The position numbers were made by a program, and so were the translations under genes. From NCBI GenBank assembly GCA_024695235.1, contig JAILIP010000006.1, positions 7,378 through 71,377 of the forward strand: a stretch of 64,000 bases of DNA, written 5' to 3'. This document shows positions 55,244 through 63,360 of this stretch, piece by piece (the stretch's first letter is position 1; each line of letters begins with the position of its first letter). Under the pieces are notes generated by a model. That model worked only from the letters and a program-made list of their open reading frames with translations. It did no database searches and was not told the DNA's origin. Origin of the DNA: Bacilli bacterium. GTDB lineage: Bacteria; Bacillota_I; Bacilli_A; RFN20; CAG-826.

Positions 55244-55399
55244 AAAGAAAAACGGTAATCCCACCAAAGGATAACCGTTATGAGGATATCCACTTATCGT
55301 TCAGAGGGTGGGCCTCTGCTAAGGAAGAGCACTTACTCATATTCGAGAGTTGCTACTGCGATTTTACATTCCTTATTTTCGCAGTTCTGGATAAGTTAT
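55244..55399 (-). promoter_or_regulatory. SAM-I (S-box)-like riboswitch leader with intrinsic terminator, upstream of metK
   Basis: On the minus strand: P1 ACUUAUC/GAUAAGU; P3 AGCA(A)C/GUGCU containing GCAAC; J3/4 UCUUCCUUAG; P4 CAGAGG/CCUCUG; then AACGAUAAG. Terminator ACGGUUAUCC...GGGAUUACCGU plus U-run at 55244-55278, just before the RBS. Confidence 0.7.
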
Positions 55400-55405
55400 G
55401 TCGTT

Positions 55406-55434
55406 ATTATATATTAACTATTATTTATATTCAA
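55406..55434 (-). promoter_or_regulatory. Promoter of the metK leader
   Basis: On the minus strand: TTGAAT (55434-55429), exactly 17 nt, TATAAT (55411-55406). Confidence 0.7.
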
Positions 55435-55437
55435 TAT

Positions 55438-55461
55438 AAAAAAGGACTAGTTTTCTAGTCC
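55438..55461 (-). terminator. Intrinsic terminator after the pduL/TSCPD operon
   Basis: On the minus strand, stem GGACTAG / CTAGTCC with an AAAA loop (TTTT on the plus strand) is followed by T6. The stop codon lies within the stem. Confidence 0.75.
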
Positions 55462-55712
55462 AATTGTTTTAATGCTTGAGCAAGTTGATCTGGGCAAGAA
55501 GTTTTACCCGTTCTAGAACCACGGCACTCGATGCCTTCAAGTCGCTTGATTGCTTCTTCAACCTTCATTCCTTCGACTAGACGACATACTCCGGTTGTGT
55601 TGCCTTGACAGCCTCCAACGAATTTGACGGATTTGATGACTCCGTCTTCAGCGGTGATATAGATCCATCTTGAGCAGACATTTGATGGTTGAAAGGTGAT
55701 GGTTTTTTCCAT
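55455..55712 (-). CDS. TSCPD-domain small protein (TIGR03905-like)
   Basis: 85 aa: MEKTITFQPSNVCSR...VKFVGGCQGNTTG...TSCPDQLA. Start at the ATG at 55712, overlapping the pduL stop (TAATG). Confidence 0.7.
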   Translation of the reverse strand: MEKTITFQPSNVCSRWIYITAEDGVIKSVKFVGGCQGNTTGVCRLVEGMKVEEAIKRLEGIECRGSRTGKTSCPDQLAQALKQLD

Positions 55713-56308
55713 TATTTGACAATCCTTCCAAATACTTGTCCAGCTGCGCATGATGCATTGCACTCATCTGTATCAATGTGCATGGCAAGTGCGAATTTTT
55801 CACTGACACGAATAACTGTGTCACCGAAGATGGTTTTACGACCTTTTCCAGTATCAACTTCAACATTGACAATGTCACCATTTTTAACACCGAATTCTTC
55901 AGCATCAGCAGGTGTCATATGGATGTGACGTTTTGCGATAATTACGCCTTCTTGAAGTTCTACTTCACCAGCAGGACCTCTGAGGGTGCATTTGCCACTT
56001 CCAGCGATATCTCCACTTTCTCTAACTGGAGCAACTAAACCAAGTGTTCTAGCATCGGTAAATGATACTTCGACTTGGTTTGATTTTCTGACTGGTCCAA
56101 GAATTGAAAGCATGGCGCTTGGACGTGGGCCATTTGGATCTTTGGCGTTATATCCAACAACTTCAACTTTATCGGTTGATGCAAATTGGCCTGGTTGAGA
56201 AAGCATCTTTCTAACTTCTAATTGATGTCCTTTACCAAAAAGCACTTCTAAAGATTCTTGAGTAACGTGGACATGGCGGGCACTTGTTTCTACTAAAATT
56301 TCTTTCAT
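55712..56308 (-). CDS. pduL: Phosphate propanoyl/acetyl-transferase PduL
   Basis: 198 aa. Duplicated PduL motif: SARHVHVT...GP at the N-terminus and KRHIHMTP in the second half. Confidence 0.85.
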   Translation of the reverse strand: MKEILVETSARHVHVTQESLEVLFGKGHQLEVRKMLSQPGQFASTDKVEVVGYNAKDPNGPRPSAMLSILGPVRKSNQVEVSFTDARTLGLVAPVRESGDIAGSGKCTLRGPAGEVELQEGVIIAKRHIHMTPADAEEFGVKNGDIVNVEVDTGKGRKTIFGDTVIRVSEKFALAMHIDTDECNASCAAGQVFGRIVK

Positions 56309-56424
56309 TTTTCTAACCTCTTAGCGTAAGTATTTTATCATAAGAAAATCGAAATAATACGATTTTTACTTTTTTTCTTCCTTTATAGATATAAAGTGAG
56401 TAAACTTTAACAAGGAGAAGACTA

Positions 56425-57879
56425 ATGGAGAACGAATTAATTTCAACTGAACAGTTAGTTCAACTTATCGAAACTAAAAACGTCAAAGAAATTAGACGTA
56501 TCTTTGAAGTCGTCCCTACAATCGATATTGCTGAAGCAATTGATGATATTGAAGATGTCAAACAAATCGTCTTTATTTTTAAGACTGTTAAGAGTGAATA
56601 TACCGCGGATTTATTCGCTGAACTTCACCCAGACACCAAAGAGAAATTAATTGCTGCAATGTCTGATAGCGAACTTGCAGACATTATCGAGTCTCAATTC
56701 ACCGATGACTTAGTCGATGATATTGAAGATTTACCTGCCAACTTGGTATACCGTGTTTTAAAGAACGTTTCTAAAGAAAGAAGAGCGACAATCAATCGTC
56801 TTTTGAACTATAAAGAGAACACCGCCGGTTCAATCATGACCACCGAATTTTTGGTTCTCTTAGATACCTTAAGTGTTGATGAAGCTATCGCTCAAATTCG
56901 TAAAGTTGGTAAAACAAAAGAAACAATTTACACATTGTTTATCATCGACAAGAGACGCAACCTTGTCGGTACCCTCGACTTAGATGATTTAATCTTCGCA
57001 AAAGGTGATGAAATCTTAAGTGATTTAATGAATCGTGACTTTGTCACAGTTAACATTAACACCGACCAAGAAGAAGTCGCTAACTTGATTAAACGTTACG
57101 ACTTGAATGCTATCGCAGTCTTGAACAATGAAGATAGACTCGTCGGTATTATTACCGTTGACGATATCATCGACGTCATCGAACAAGAAGCGACCGAGGA
57201 CGTTGCTGCTTTAAGCCACGTTACTCCTTTGGAAGATTCTTATCTTGATACTTCACCATTCTCTATGGCGAAGAAATGTGTTCCATGGATTATCATCTTA
57301 TTGATTCTTGGCACATTCACCACAATGGTTCTTGATAAGTTACAAGATCAAGCCGTTTTCACAATGGTTCCAATCTTGATTGCTTTCGTTCCAACACTCA
57401 TGGATACAGGTGGTAATGCTGGCGGGCAAACAATCGCTCTTATGATTCGTGGTTTAGCCACGAAAGAATTCACTCCAAGAGACTTCTTAAAAGTTATCTT
57501 GAAGGAAGTTTTAACTGCGTTAATTGTCTCAAGCGTTATCCTTGTTTTCTCATTCCTTTGGTTCACCATGGAACAATACACTGGTATTGTCGGACTAAAT
57601 ATTAATGATCCAACTGGTCCAGCAATGACCATCTGGAACAAACAATGCTGGTCAATGGATTTCTTTGCTCATGCTGTTAAGGTATCTGCAACAGTTTCCA
57701 TCACTTTATTTGCTGCATCATTCATCGCTAAGTTTGTCGCAGTTTGCTTACCACTTGGCGTTGCAGCTTTGAAGAAAGATCCAGCTATCGTTGCTCAACC
57801 ACTTTTAACAACTATCGTAGATGTCCTTGCTTTGATATCTTATTTAGGAATTGCTACTATCGCATTTACTTTGATATAA
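56425..57879 (+). CDS. mgtE: Magnesium transporter MgtE
   Basis: N-domain, CBS pair, and TM domain with PTLMDTGGNAGGQ. AAGGAG RBS. Confidence 0.93.
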   Translation: MENELISTEQLVQLIETKNVKEIRRIFEVVPTIDIAEAIDDIEDVKQIVFIFKTVKSEYTADLFAELHPDTKEKLIAAMSDSELADIIESQFTDDLVDDIEDLPANLVYRVLKNVSKERRATINRLLNYKENTAGSIMTTEFLVLLDTLSVDEAIAQIRKVGKTKETIYTLFIIDKRRNLVGTLDLDDLIFAKGDEILSDLMNRDFVTVNINTDQEEVANLIKRYDLNAIAVLNNEDRLVGIITVDDIIDVIEQEATEDVAALSHVTPLEDSYLDTSPFSMAKKCVPWIIILLILGTFTTMVLDKLQDQAVFTMVPILIAFVPTLMDTGGNAGGQTIALMIRGLATKEFTPRDFLKVILKEVLTALIVSSVILVFSFLWFTMEQYTGIVGLNINDPTGPAMTIWNKQCWSMDFFAHAVKVSATVSITLFAASFIAKFVAVCLPLGVAALKKDPAIVAQPLLTTIVDVLALISYLGIATIAFTLI

Positions 57880-57931
57880 CTTTCACTTGTTAGTGAGCAA
57901 ATAAAAGTGTATAGTAATTGTCGTTACCCCT

Positions 57932-58016
<85 letters not shown>

Positions 58017-58029
58017 GATAGTAAATTGA

Positions 58030-58053
58030 GATGGATAAAATCCATCTTTTTTT
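58030..58053 (+). terminator. Intrinsic terminator after tRNA-Leu
   Basis: Stem GATGGAT / ATCCATC followed by T7. Confidence 0.8.
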
Positions 58054-58163
58054 CTTGCTTACGTGAATAGGTACTAAAAATAGATAATTTGTGATTTCAT
58101 TAGTCAATTGCTTGAATTGACTTATGTTTATCTAAATGATAATCTTTTTGCGAGGAAGTAAAT

Positions 58164-59018
58164 ATGAAGAAAAAACCAATTATCGCAATCATGTATGACT
58201 TTGACAAAACTCTTAGTACTACAGATATGCAAAACTATGGATTCATTCCTGCTTTAGGCATGACCCCAAATGAATTCTGGGGTAAGACAGGCGAATTCTC
58301 CGCTGCTACTGGCACTGAAAGAATTCTTTCTTATATGTGGATGATGATTGCTCTTTCTAAAGAAAAAGGCATTCAATGCACAGAGAAATGGCTCAATTCC
58401 CTTGGAAAAGATGTCGTCTACTATCAAGGTGTTGAATCATGGTTCAAACGTATCAATAAGTACGGCGCTGATCATGGTGTTATCGTTGAACACTATCTCA
58501 TCAGTAGCGGTACAAAAGAGATTGTTGAAGGTACATCAATCGCTAAAGAATTCAAAAAGATTTACGGCTGTGAGTTTTATTACGATCCAGAAACCAAATT
58601 ACCAATTTGGCCAAAGTTCGCTATTAACTATACCCAAAAGACACAATACATCTTCAGAATTCAAAAAGGTATTACAGATTCAACTGATGACTCTGTTAAT
58701 AACAAAGCCGTCTCTAAGAGAATCCCGTTTGAAAATATGATTTATCTTGGCGATGGAATGACTGATGTTCCATGTATGGTTCTTGTTAAACAAAATGGCG
58801 GTAACGCAATCGCTATTTATAACAAGAAAGACCAAGTCAACGTTGCATCACTTATCCGTGGAGGGCGTGTTAATTTCGCATGTGTCGCCGACTATCGTGA
58901 AGGTAGTGATGTCGATCAAACAATCAAACTCATCATTGATGAGGTTTCATTAAAACATCAAATCAAGGTCAAAGAAGAACAACTTCTTAGAAAAGAACTT
59001 CGTACCGAGAAAAAATAA
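58164..59018 (+). CDS. HAD-superfamily hydrolase (subfamily IB-like)
   Basis: YDFDKTL (DxDxT) and GDGMTD motifs. GAGGAAG RBS. Confidence 0.75.
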   Translation: MKKKPIIAIMYDFDKTLSTTDMQNYGFIPALGMTPNEFWGKTGEFSAATGTERILSYMWMMIALSKEKGIQCTEKWLNSLGKDVVYYQGVESWFKRINKYGADHGVIVEHYLISSGTKEIVEGTSIAKEFKKIYGCEFYYDPETKLPIWPKFAINYTQKTQYIFRIQKGITDSTDDSVNNKAVSKRIPFENMIYLGDGMTDVPCMVLVKQNGGNAIAIYNKKDQVNVASLIRGGRVNFACVADYREGSDVDQTIKLIIDEVSLKHQIKVKEEQLLRKELRTEKK

Positions 59019-59683
59019 TGAAAAATATTGCTGTAATTCTTCTTGCGGGAGATTCCACGAGATTTAAAAGTGATTCTCCTAAACAACTATTTGAGGTGAA
59101 TGGAAAGCCGTTATTTTACTATTCCGTCAAACCTTTTGTGGAATCAAAGCATATTGATTCTGTTTTAGTTGTTTCTAAGAAAGAATACTTCGGTGATATT
59201 AAAAAATACTTCAACGAAGTCACTACTATTGAAGGTGGAGCGTCTCGTCATGAATCAGTCAAAAAAGCTATCAGTTATCTAAAAGATAAAGTTGATGATA
59301 ACGACAACGTTCTTATTCATGATGGAGCAAGATTATTCTTGGATGATGAACATATCTTAAAACTGATTGAGGCGCTCAAAGATAATCAAGCTGCTACATT
59401 AGCTCTTCCAAGTGAAGATACATTAGGAGTTATCGAAGACGGTAAAATCGTTCAAATTCCTGATCGCAGTAGATATGTTAAAATCCAAACCCCTCAAGCA
59501 TTTAAGTTCATGACTATTCTTAGAGCACATCAAGTCGATGCTTTCTCAGCAAGCGATGATGCTCAACTATGTTTAGGGATGAACGTTAAAGTGGCGTACG
59601 TTGAAGGAAGTAAAAAGTTTAATAAGGTAACAACTATCGAAGACATCAAGATGGTCGAAGGTTATCTTAAGGAGCAAAAATGA
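59018..59683 (+). CDS. IspD/TarI-family cytidylyltransferase
   Basis: 221 aa. ILLAGDSTRF (the GxG(T/S)R signature position). Family-typical length. TAATG overlap with the HAD gene. Substrate cannot be assigned from sequence alone. Confidence 0.75.
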   Translation: MKNIAVILLAGDSTRFKSDSPKQLFEVNGKPLFYYSVKPFVESKHIDSVLVVSKKEYFGDIKKYFNEVTTIEGGASRHESVKKAISYLKDKVDDNDNVLIHDGARLFLDDEHILKLIEALKDNQAATLALPSEDTLGVIEDGKIVQIPDRSRYVKIQTPQAFKFMTILRAHQVDAFSASDDAQLCLGMNVKVAYVEGSKKFNKVTTIEDIKMVEGYLKEQK

Positions 59684-60033
59684 TCAAATATAAAATAGGA
59701 GAAATTGTTGAAGGCACAATAATCAATATCCGTCCTTTCGGAGCGATTATGCTTTTTGATGATGGAACAAAAGGTTTGCTTCATATTTCCGAAATCGCCA
59801 ATAGTTTTATTAAAAACATCTACCGTTATCTGCTCATTGGTAAAACATACCAAGTTAAGGTTATCGAAATAGCAGATGATGGTTTCTTAAAAGTATCAAT
59901 GTCAAAAATCACCCAAGAGGAAAAAGATCAATATCGTTCAAGCAACGTAAAAAGAACTCCTGTGAGTGAAGATTGTATTGATTTTGAAGCACTCAAAAAC
60001 AAAATTGAAGAATGGACAAAGGAAGAAAATTAG
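59680..60033 (+). CDS. S1-domain RNA-binding protein
   Basis: 117 aa. G.IVEGTIINIRPFGAIMLFDDGTKGLLHISEI is a typical S1 motif. ATGA overlap. Confidence 0.8.
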   Translation: MIKYKIGEIVEGTIINIRPFGAIMLFDDGTKGLLHISEIANSFIKNIYRYLLIGKTYQVKVIEIADDGFLKVSMSKITQEEKDQYRSSNVKRTPVSEDCIDFEALKNKIEEWTKEEN

Positions 60034-60034
60034 T

Positions 60035-61315
60035 ATGGTAAAAGTAAACGCTGAAAATCTATTAGTTAACATTGATTTTGATAAATATCAAAAAAGAGCT
60101 AACGAAGTCAACAAAATGATCGATGAAAAATCTGGTCCAGGTAATGACTTTTTAGGATGGCTAAACTATCCAGAAACATATGATAAAGCTGAGTTAGAAC
60201 AAATCATTAAATCAGCCGTATTTATTCGCAAAAATTTCGATGTATTAGTCGTATGTGGTATCGGTGGATCTTATCTTGGAGCAAGAGCAGGTATTGAGGC
60301 TCTTAAAGGTCTCCATAGCAAAGATAAACCAGAGATCATCTTCTTAGGCCAAACATTCTCCTCAGACTATGTTTATGAAACCCTTGAATATATCAAGGAT
60401 AAGAAGTTCGCGATCAATGTCATTTCTAAGAGTGGCACGACAACCGAAACTGCTATCTCGTTTAGACTTTTGAAAGAACTTCTTGAAAAGAAGGTTGGCA
60501 AAAAAGAAGCCCAAAAAGCTATCTTTGCTACAACTGATGCATCTAAGGGCGCTTTAAAAGAACTTTCAATAAAGGAAGGCTATCAAACATTCGTTCTTCC
60601 AGGAGATGTCGGAGGACGTTATTCAGTGTTCACCGCTGTCGGATTACTTCCCCTTGCAGTGGCAGGTGTTGATGTTAGAAAACTCATGGCAGGTGCTTAC
60701 AAAGCCATGGTTGAATTACGTAATCCATCACTTAAAGAAAACCAAGCATATAAGTATGCTGTTATCCGTGATTACTTCTATCGTAATGGTAAACAAGTTG
60801 AACTATTTGTTAGCTATGAACCAAGACTAGTTCAATTAGGTGAATGGTTCAAACAACTCTTTGGCGAAAGCGAAGGAAAAGACATCAAAGGATTACTCCC
60901 AGATTCTGCAACTTTCTCCACTGATTTACACTCTCTTGGACAATTTATTCAAGACGGATCAAAGGTTCTTTTTGAAACAATTTTATTCATCAAAAAGCCA
61001 ATGAACGAAGTCATTATTCCTGAAGATAAAGAAGACTTAGATGGTCTAAATTACCTTAAAGGTAAATCACTTCAATTTGTCAACGAGAAAGCCTTCTTAG
61101 GAACACTTAAAGCTCATACCGAAACAGGCAAAGTTCCTAACTGCATTCTTGAGATGGAAAAACTTAACGATGAAGCAATGGGATATTTGTTCTATTTCTT
61201 TATGAAAACTTGCGCGATGAGTGCATATCTACTTGATGTGAATCCATTCAACCAACCAGGCGTTGAAGTGTATAAGAAAAATATGTTCCATCTCCTCGGT
61301 AAAAAAGGTTATTAA
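60035..61315 (+). CDS. pgi: Glucose-6-phosphate isomerase
   Basis: 426 aa, Firmicutes-type PGI blocks (GIGGSYLGA, GGRYSV, GESEGK). Start at the ATG at 60035. Confidence 0.93.
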   Translation: MVKVNAENLLVNIDFDKYQKRANEVNKMIDEKSGPGNDFLGWLNYPETYDKAELEQIIKSAVFIRKNFDVLVVCGIGGSYLGARAGIEALKGLHSKDKPEIIFLGQTFSSDYVYETLEYIKDKKFAINVISKSGTTTETAISFRLLKELLEKKVGKKEAQKAIFATTDASKGALKELSIKEGYQTFVLPGDVGGRYSVFTAVGLLPLAVAGVDVRKLMAGAYKAMVELRNPSLKENQAYKYAVIRDYFYRNGKQVELFVSYEPRLVQLGEWFKQLFGESEGKDIKGLLPDSATFSTDLHSLGQFIQDGSKVLFETILFIKKPMNEVIIPEDKEDLDGLNYLKGKSLQFVNEKAFLGTLKAHTETGKVPNCILEMEKLNDEAMGYLFYFFMKTCAMSAYLLDVNPFNQPGVEVYKKNMFHLLGKKGY

Positions 61316-61380
61316 TTTATTTGATTATTTAAATCAAGTTTGTTATATTTATTTAGCACGCTTTGAAAGAGTGTAATTGT

Positions 61381-61456
61381 GGATGTTTAGCTCAGTTGGG
61401 AGAGCATCGCCTTTACACGGCGGGGGTCAGGAGTTCGAGCCTCTTAACATCCACCA
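61381..61456 (+). tRNA. tRNA-Val(UAC)
   Basis: Acceptor GGATGTT/AACATCC, anticodon loop TTTACAC, encoded CCA. Confidence 0.88.
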
Positions 61457-61476
61457 TTATCTAAAAAAGCGTATGT

Positions 61477-61560
61477 GGAGGAATAGCGAAGCGGCCAAAC
61501 GCGGTTGACTGTAAATCAATTCCTTAGGGTTCGGTGGTTCAAATCCACCTTCCTCCACCA
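61477..61560 (+). tRNA. tRNA-Tyr(GUA)
   Basis: Acceptor GGAGGAA/TTCCTCC, anticodon loop CTGTAAA, long variable arm, encoded CCA. Confidence 0.88.
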
Positions 61561-61567
61561 CTCTCAT

Positions 61568-61643
61568 TGGGGTGTAGCCAAGCGGTAAGGCAACAGACTT
61601 TGACTCTGTCACTTCGCTGGTTCGATCCCAGCCACCCCAACCA
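61568..61643 (+). tRNA. tRNA-Gln(UUG)
   Basis: Acceptor TGGGGTG/CACCCCA, anticodon loop CTTTGAC, encoded CCA. Confidence 0.88.
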
Positions 61644-61645
61644 TT

Positions 61646-61676
61646 AGATTGACGCGTAGAATGTCAGTCTTTTTTT
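61646..61676 (+). terminator. Intrinsic terminator after the Val-Tyr-Gln tRNA cluster
   Basis: 8-bp stem AGATTGAC / GTCAGTCT followed by T6-7. Confidence 0.75.
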
Positions 61677-61766
61677 ATTCTTTTGTATAAAAAAATCAAA
61701 AAATTGTAGCATATTATATTTACATGTGAGATAATAACAAAGCAATTTTATATAAATTGCGTAAGT

Positions 61767-61843
61767 CTCCCCGTAGCTCAGTTGGCTAGAGCACTCGACT
61801 TTTAATCAAGGGGTCGGACGTTCAAATCGTCTCGGGGAGACCA
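61767..61843 (+). tRNA. tRNA-Lys(UUU)
   Basis: Acceptor CTCCCCG/CGGGGAG, anticodon loop CTTTTAA, encoded CCA. Confidence 0.85.
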
Positions 61844-61851
61844 TTTAAAAA

Positions 61852-61939
61852 GCCCAGGTGGCGAAATTGGTAGACGCAAGGGACTTAAAATCCCTCGAGT
61901 GAATAACTCATACCGGTTCAAGTCCGGTCCCGGGCACCA
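61852..61939 (+). tRNA. tRNA-Leu(UAA)
   Basis: Acceptor GCCCAGG/CCCGGGC (one A-C mismatch), anticodon loop CTTAAAA, long variable arm, encoded CCA. Confidence 0.85.
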
Positions 61940-61968
61940 TATCAATTACGCCGCCTTTTAAATTACAT

Positions 61969-62042
61969 TGGGGCGTAGCCAAGTGGTAAGGCAGCGGACT
62001 CTGAATTCGCGAGCACTGGTTCGATCCCAGTCGCCCCAGCCA
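61969..62042 (+). tRNA. tRNA-Gln(CUG)
   Basis: Acceptor TGGGGCG/CGCCCCA, anticodon loop CTCTGAA, encoded CCA. Confidence 0.85.
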
Positions 62043-62064
62043 CATAAGGAAAGGAGAAACATTA

Positions 62065-62586
62065 ATGAAGAAAAACCCATTCATGTTGTCATTAATCGGC
62101 ATCGCAGTTGTTCTTGTTTGTGTCGGATTAATGTTCATTCCTGGATTTGCATTACTTAATGGTGGAATCAAAACTATCCCTCAAACATACTTGAACGGAT
62201 ATGAAGTTATCTTCCATTATGTTGTCAAAAGCACATACTTTGTAGACAATGCCAAAGGCAGAGCTTCTGCCGGCGGAATCATTGCTCTTGTATTCTTAGC
62301 TCTTGGTCTTGCAAGCTTAGGATTATCCAAGAAAAGCTCAGTCCTATCGTTACTCGGAGGAGTGCTTGTTGCTCTTGGTGGAATTATGATTCTCCTTATG
62401 CCATTATGGTTCATGATTATCTATGATAATGGCAAAGTTCAAGCTGGTTGGTTAGCATACGTTATCGGCGGTGTTCTTACTGTCGTCGGTGGACTTCTTG
62501 TCTATGTCGGAGTTATGAGACTTAGAGAAGAAAAGAATCAACTAAGCAAACCAAAATCACAACAATATTCTTACATTAGAAAGTAA
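62065..62586 (+). CDS. Hypothetical membrane protein (4-5 TM)
   Basis: 173 aa. AAAGGAG RBS immediately after the tRNA cluster. Hydrophobic segments throughout. Confidence 0.6.
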   Translation: MKKNPFMLSLIGIAVVLVCVGLMFIPGFALLNGGIKTIPQTYLNGYEVIFHYVVKSTYFVDNAKGRASAGGIIALVFLALGLASLGLSKKSSVLSLLGGVLVALGGIMILLMPLWFMIIYDNGKVQAGWLAYVIGGVLTVVGGLLVYVGVMRLREEKNQLSKPKSQQYSYIRK

Positions 62587-62611
62587 AAATAAAACTGGCC
62601 ATGTGCCAGTT

Positions 62612-63010
62612 TTATTTAATCTCGACAATCTCACATTTACGATGTGGGGTTTTCTTTTTATGGGAGTAGTTATGTTTCATTAAATGAGAATATAATTCTT
62701 CTTCACCTTTTTCAGTTATACGAAGATACATTCCATCACTATTCTCGTCATATATGTAACTTAGGTATCCTCTTCTGACCATATTTAGGATATATGAGCA
62801 GAGTTTTCTTCCTTGGAAGGATATTAACGTGCCGAAGGTGCTAATGGCGATGTATTGGCGTGTTTCGGTGTCTAATTTGCCCATCAAAATATTATTCACA
62901 CCCTTTGGGGTTGGATATTTATGGATATCGTTAAGTTCTTTAATTGTTTCCATGATCTTATAATGGGAAACAGTTAAATGAAATTCGCTTACTTTTTTAC
63001 GCTTTGGCAT
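62612..63010 (-). CDS. Hypothetical winged-helix (RQC-like) protein
   Basis: 132 aa. The pattern GVNNILMGK....FGTLISFQGRKLCSYILNMVRRGYL resembles RecQ-C-terminal winged-helix domains. Weak assignment. Confidence 0.45.
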   Translation of the reverse strand: MPKRKKVSEFHLTVSHYKIMETIKELNDIHKYPTPKGVNNILMGKLDTETRQYIAISTFGTLISFQGRKLCSYILNMVRRGYLSYIYDENSDGMYLRITEKGEEELYSHLMKHNYSHKKKTPHRKCEIVEIK

Positions 63011-63067
63011 AAAATTAGTTTAGCATATTTCTTGAAAAGAAAAATTAGATTAGTATAATTCTTTTAT

Positions 63068-63331
63068 ATGAACGAAAAAGAAACAATTGAATTAATCAAA
63101 GAAACGTTAGATAAAATTCGTCCCTTCATCAATCGCGATGGAGGAGATATTGAATATGTCGATTTTATTGATGGAATCGTCTATGTCAAAATGCTCGGAG
63201 CATGTGAGGGCTGTTCACTCATCGATTCAACTCTCTCAGAAGGAATTGAAATCATTCTTATGGATGAAGTTCCAGGAGTGCTCGGAGTTAAGCTCGCAAG
63301 TCAAATGCCAGCAAAAAAGGAAGGAGAATAA
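63068..63331 (+). CDS. NifU/Nfu C-terminal-domain iron-sulfur scaffold-like protein
   Basis: 87 aa. IRPFINRDGGDIEYV...GACEGC motif. Confidence 0.88.
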   Translation: MNEKETIELIKETLDKIRPFINRDGGDIEYVDFIDGIVYVKMLGACEGCSLIDSTLSEGIEIILMDEVPGVLGVKLASQMPAKKEGE

Positions 63332-63360
63332 TCCTTCCTTTTTAATTACGCAGTAATTAG

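Noticed and set aside
55292-55396. Plus-strand reading of the metK leader. CTTATCGTTCAGAGGGTGGGCC superficially resembles the 5' S-box.
   Set aside because: The helices are near-palindromic, so both strands fold. However, the GCAAC box, the GUGCU...UCC...AGCAGA block, the U-run terminator, the promoter and the regulated gene all lie on the minus strand.
56309-56424. Looked for an M-box riboswitch upstream of mgtE. Noticed a small hairpin plus T-run at about 56346-56378.
   Set aside because: The 116-nt divergent region is too short for an M-box and shows none of its conserved helices. The hairpin is only 6 bp of A/T-rich stem, so I do not call an attenuator.
61908-62171. 87-aa (-) and 63-aa (+) ORFs
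   Set aside because: They overlap tRNA-Leu(UAA) and tRNA-Gln(CUG), and the start of the real membrane-protein gene at 62065.
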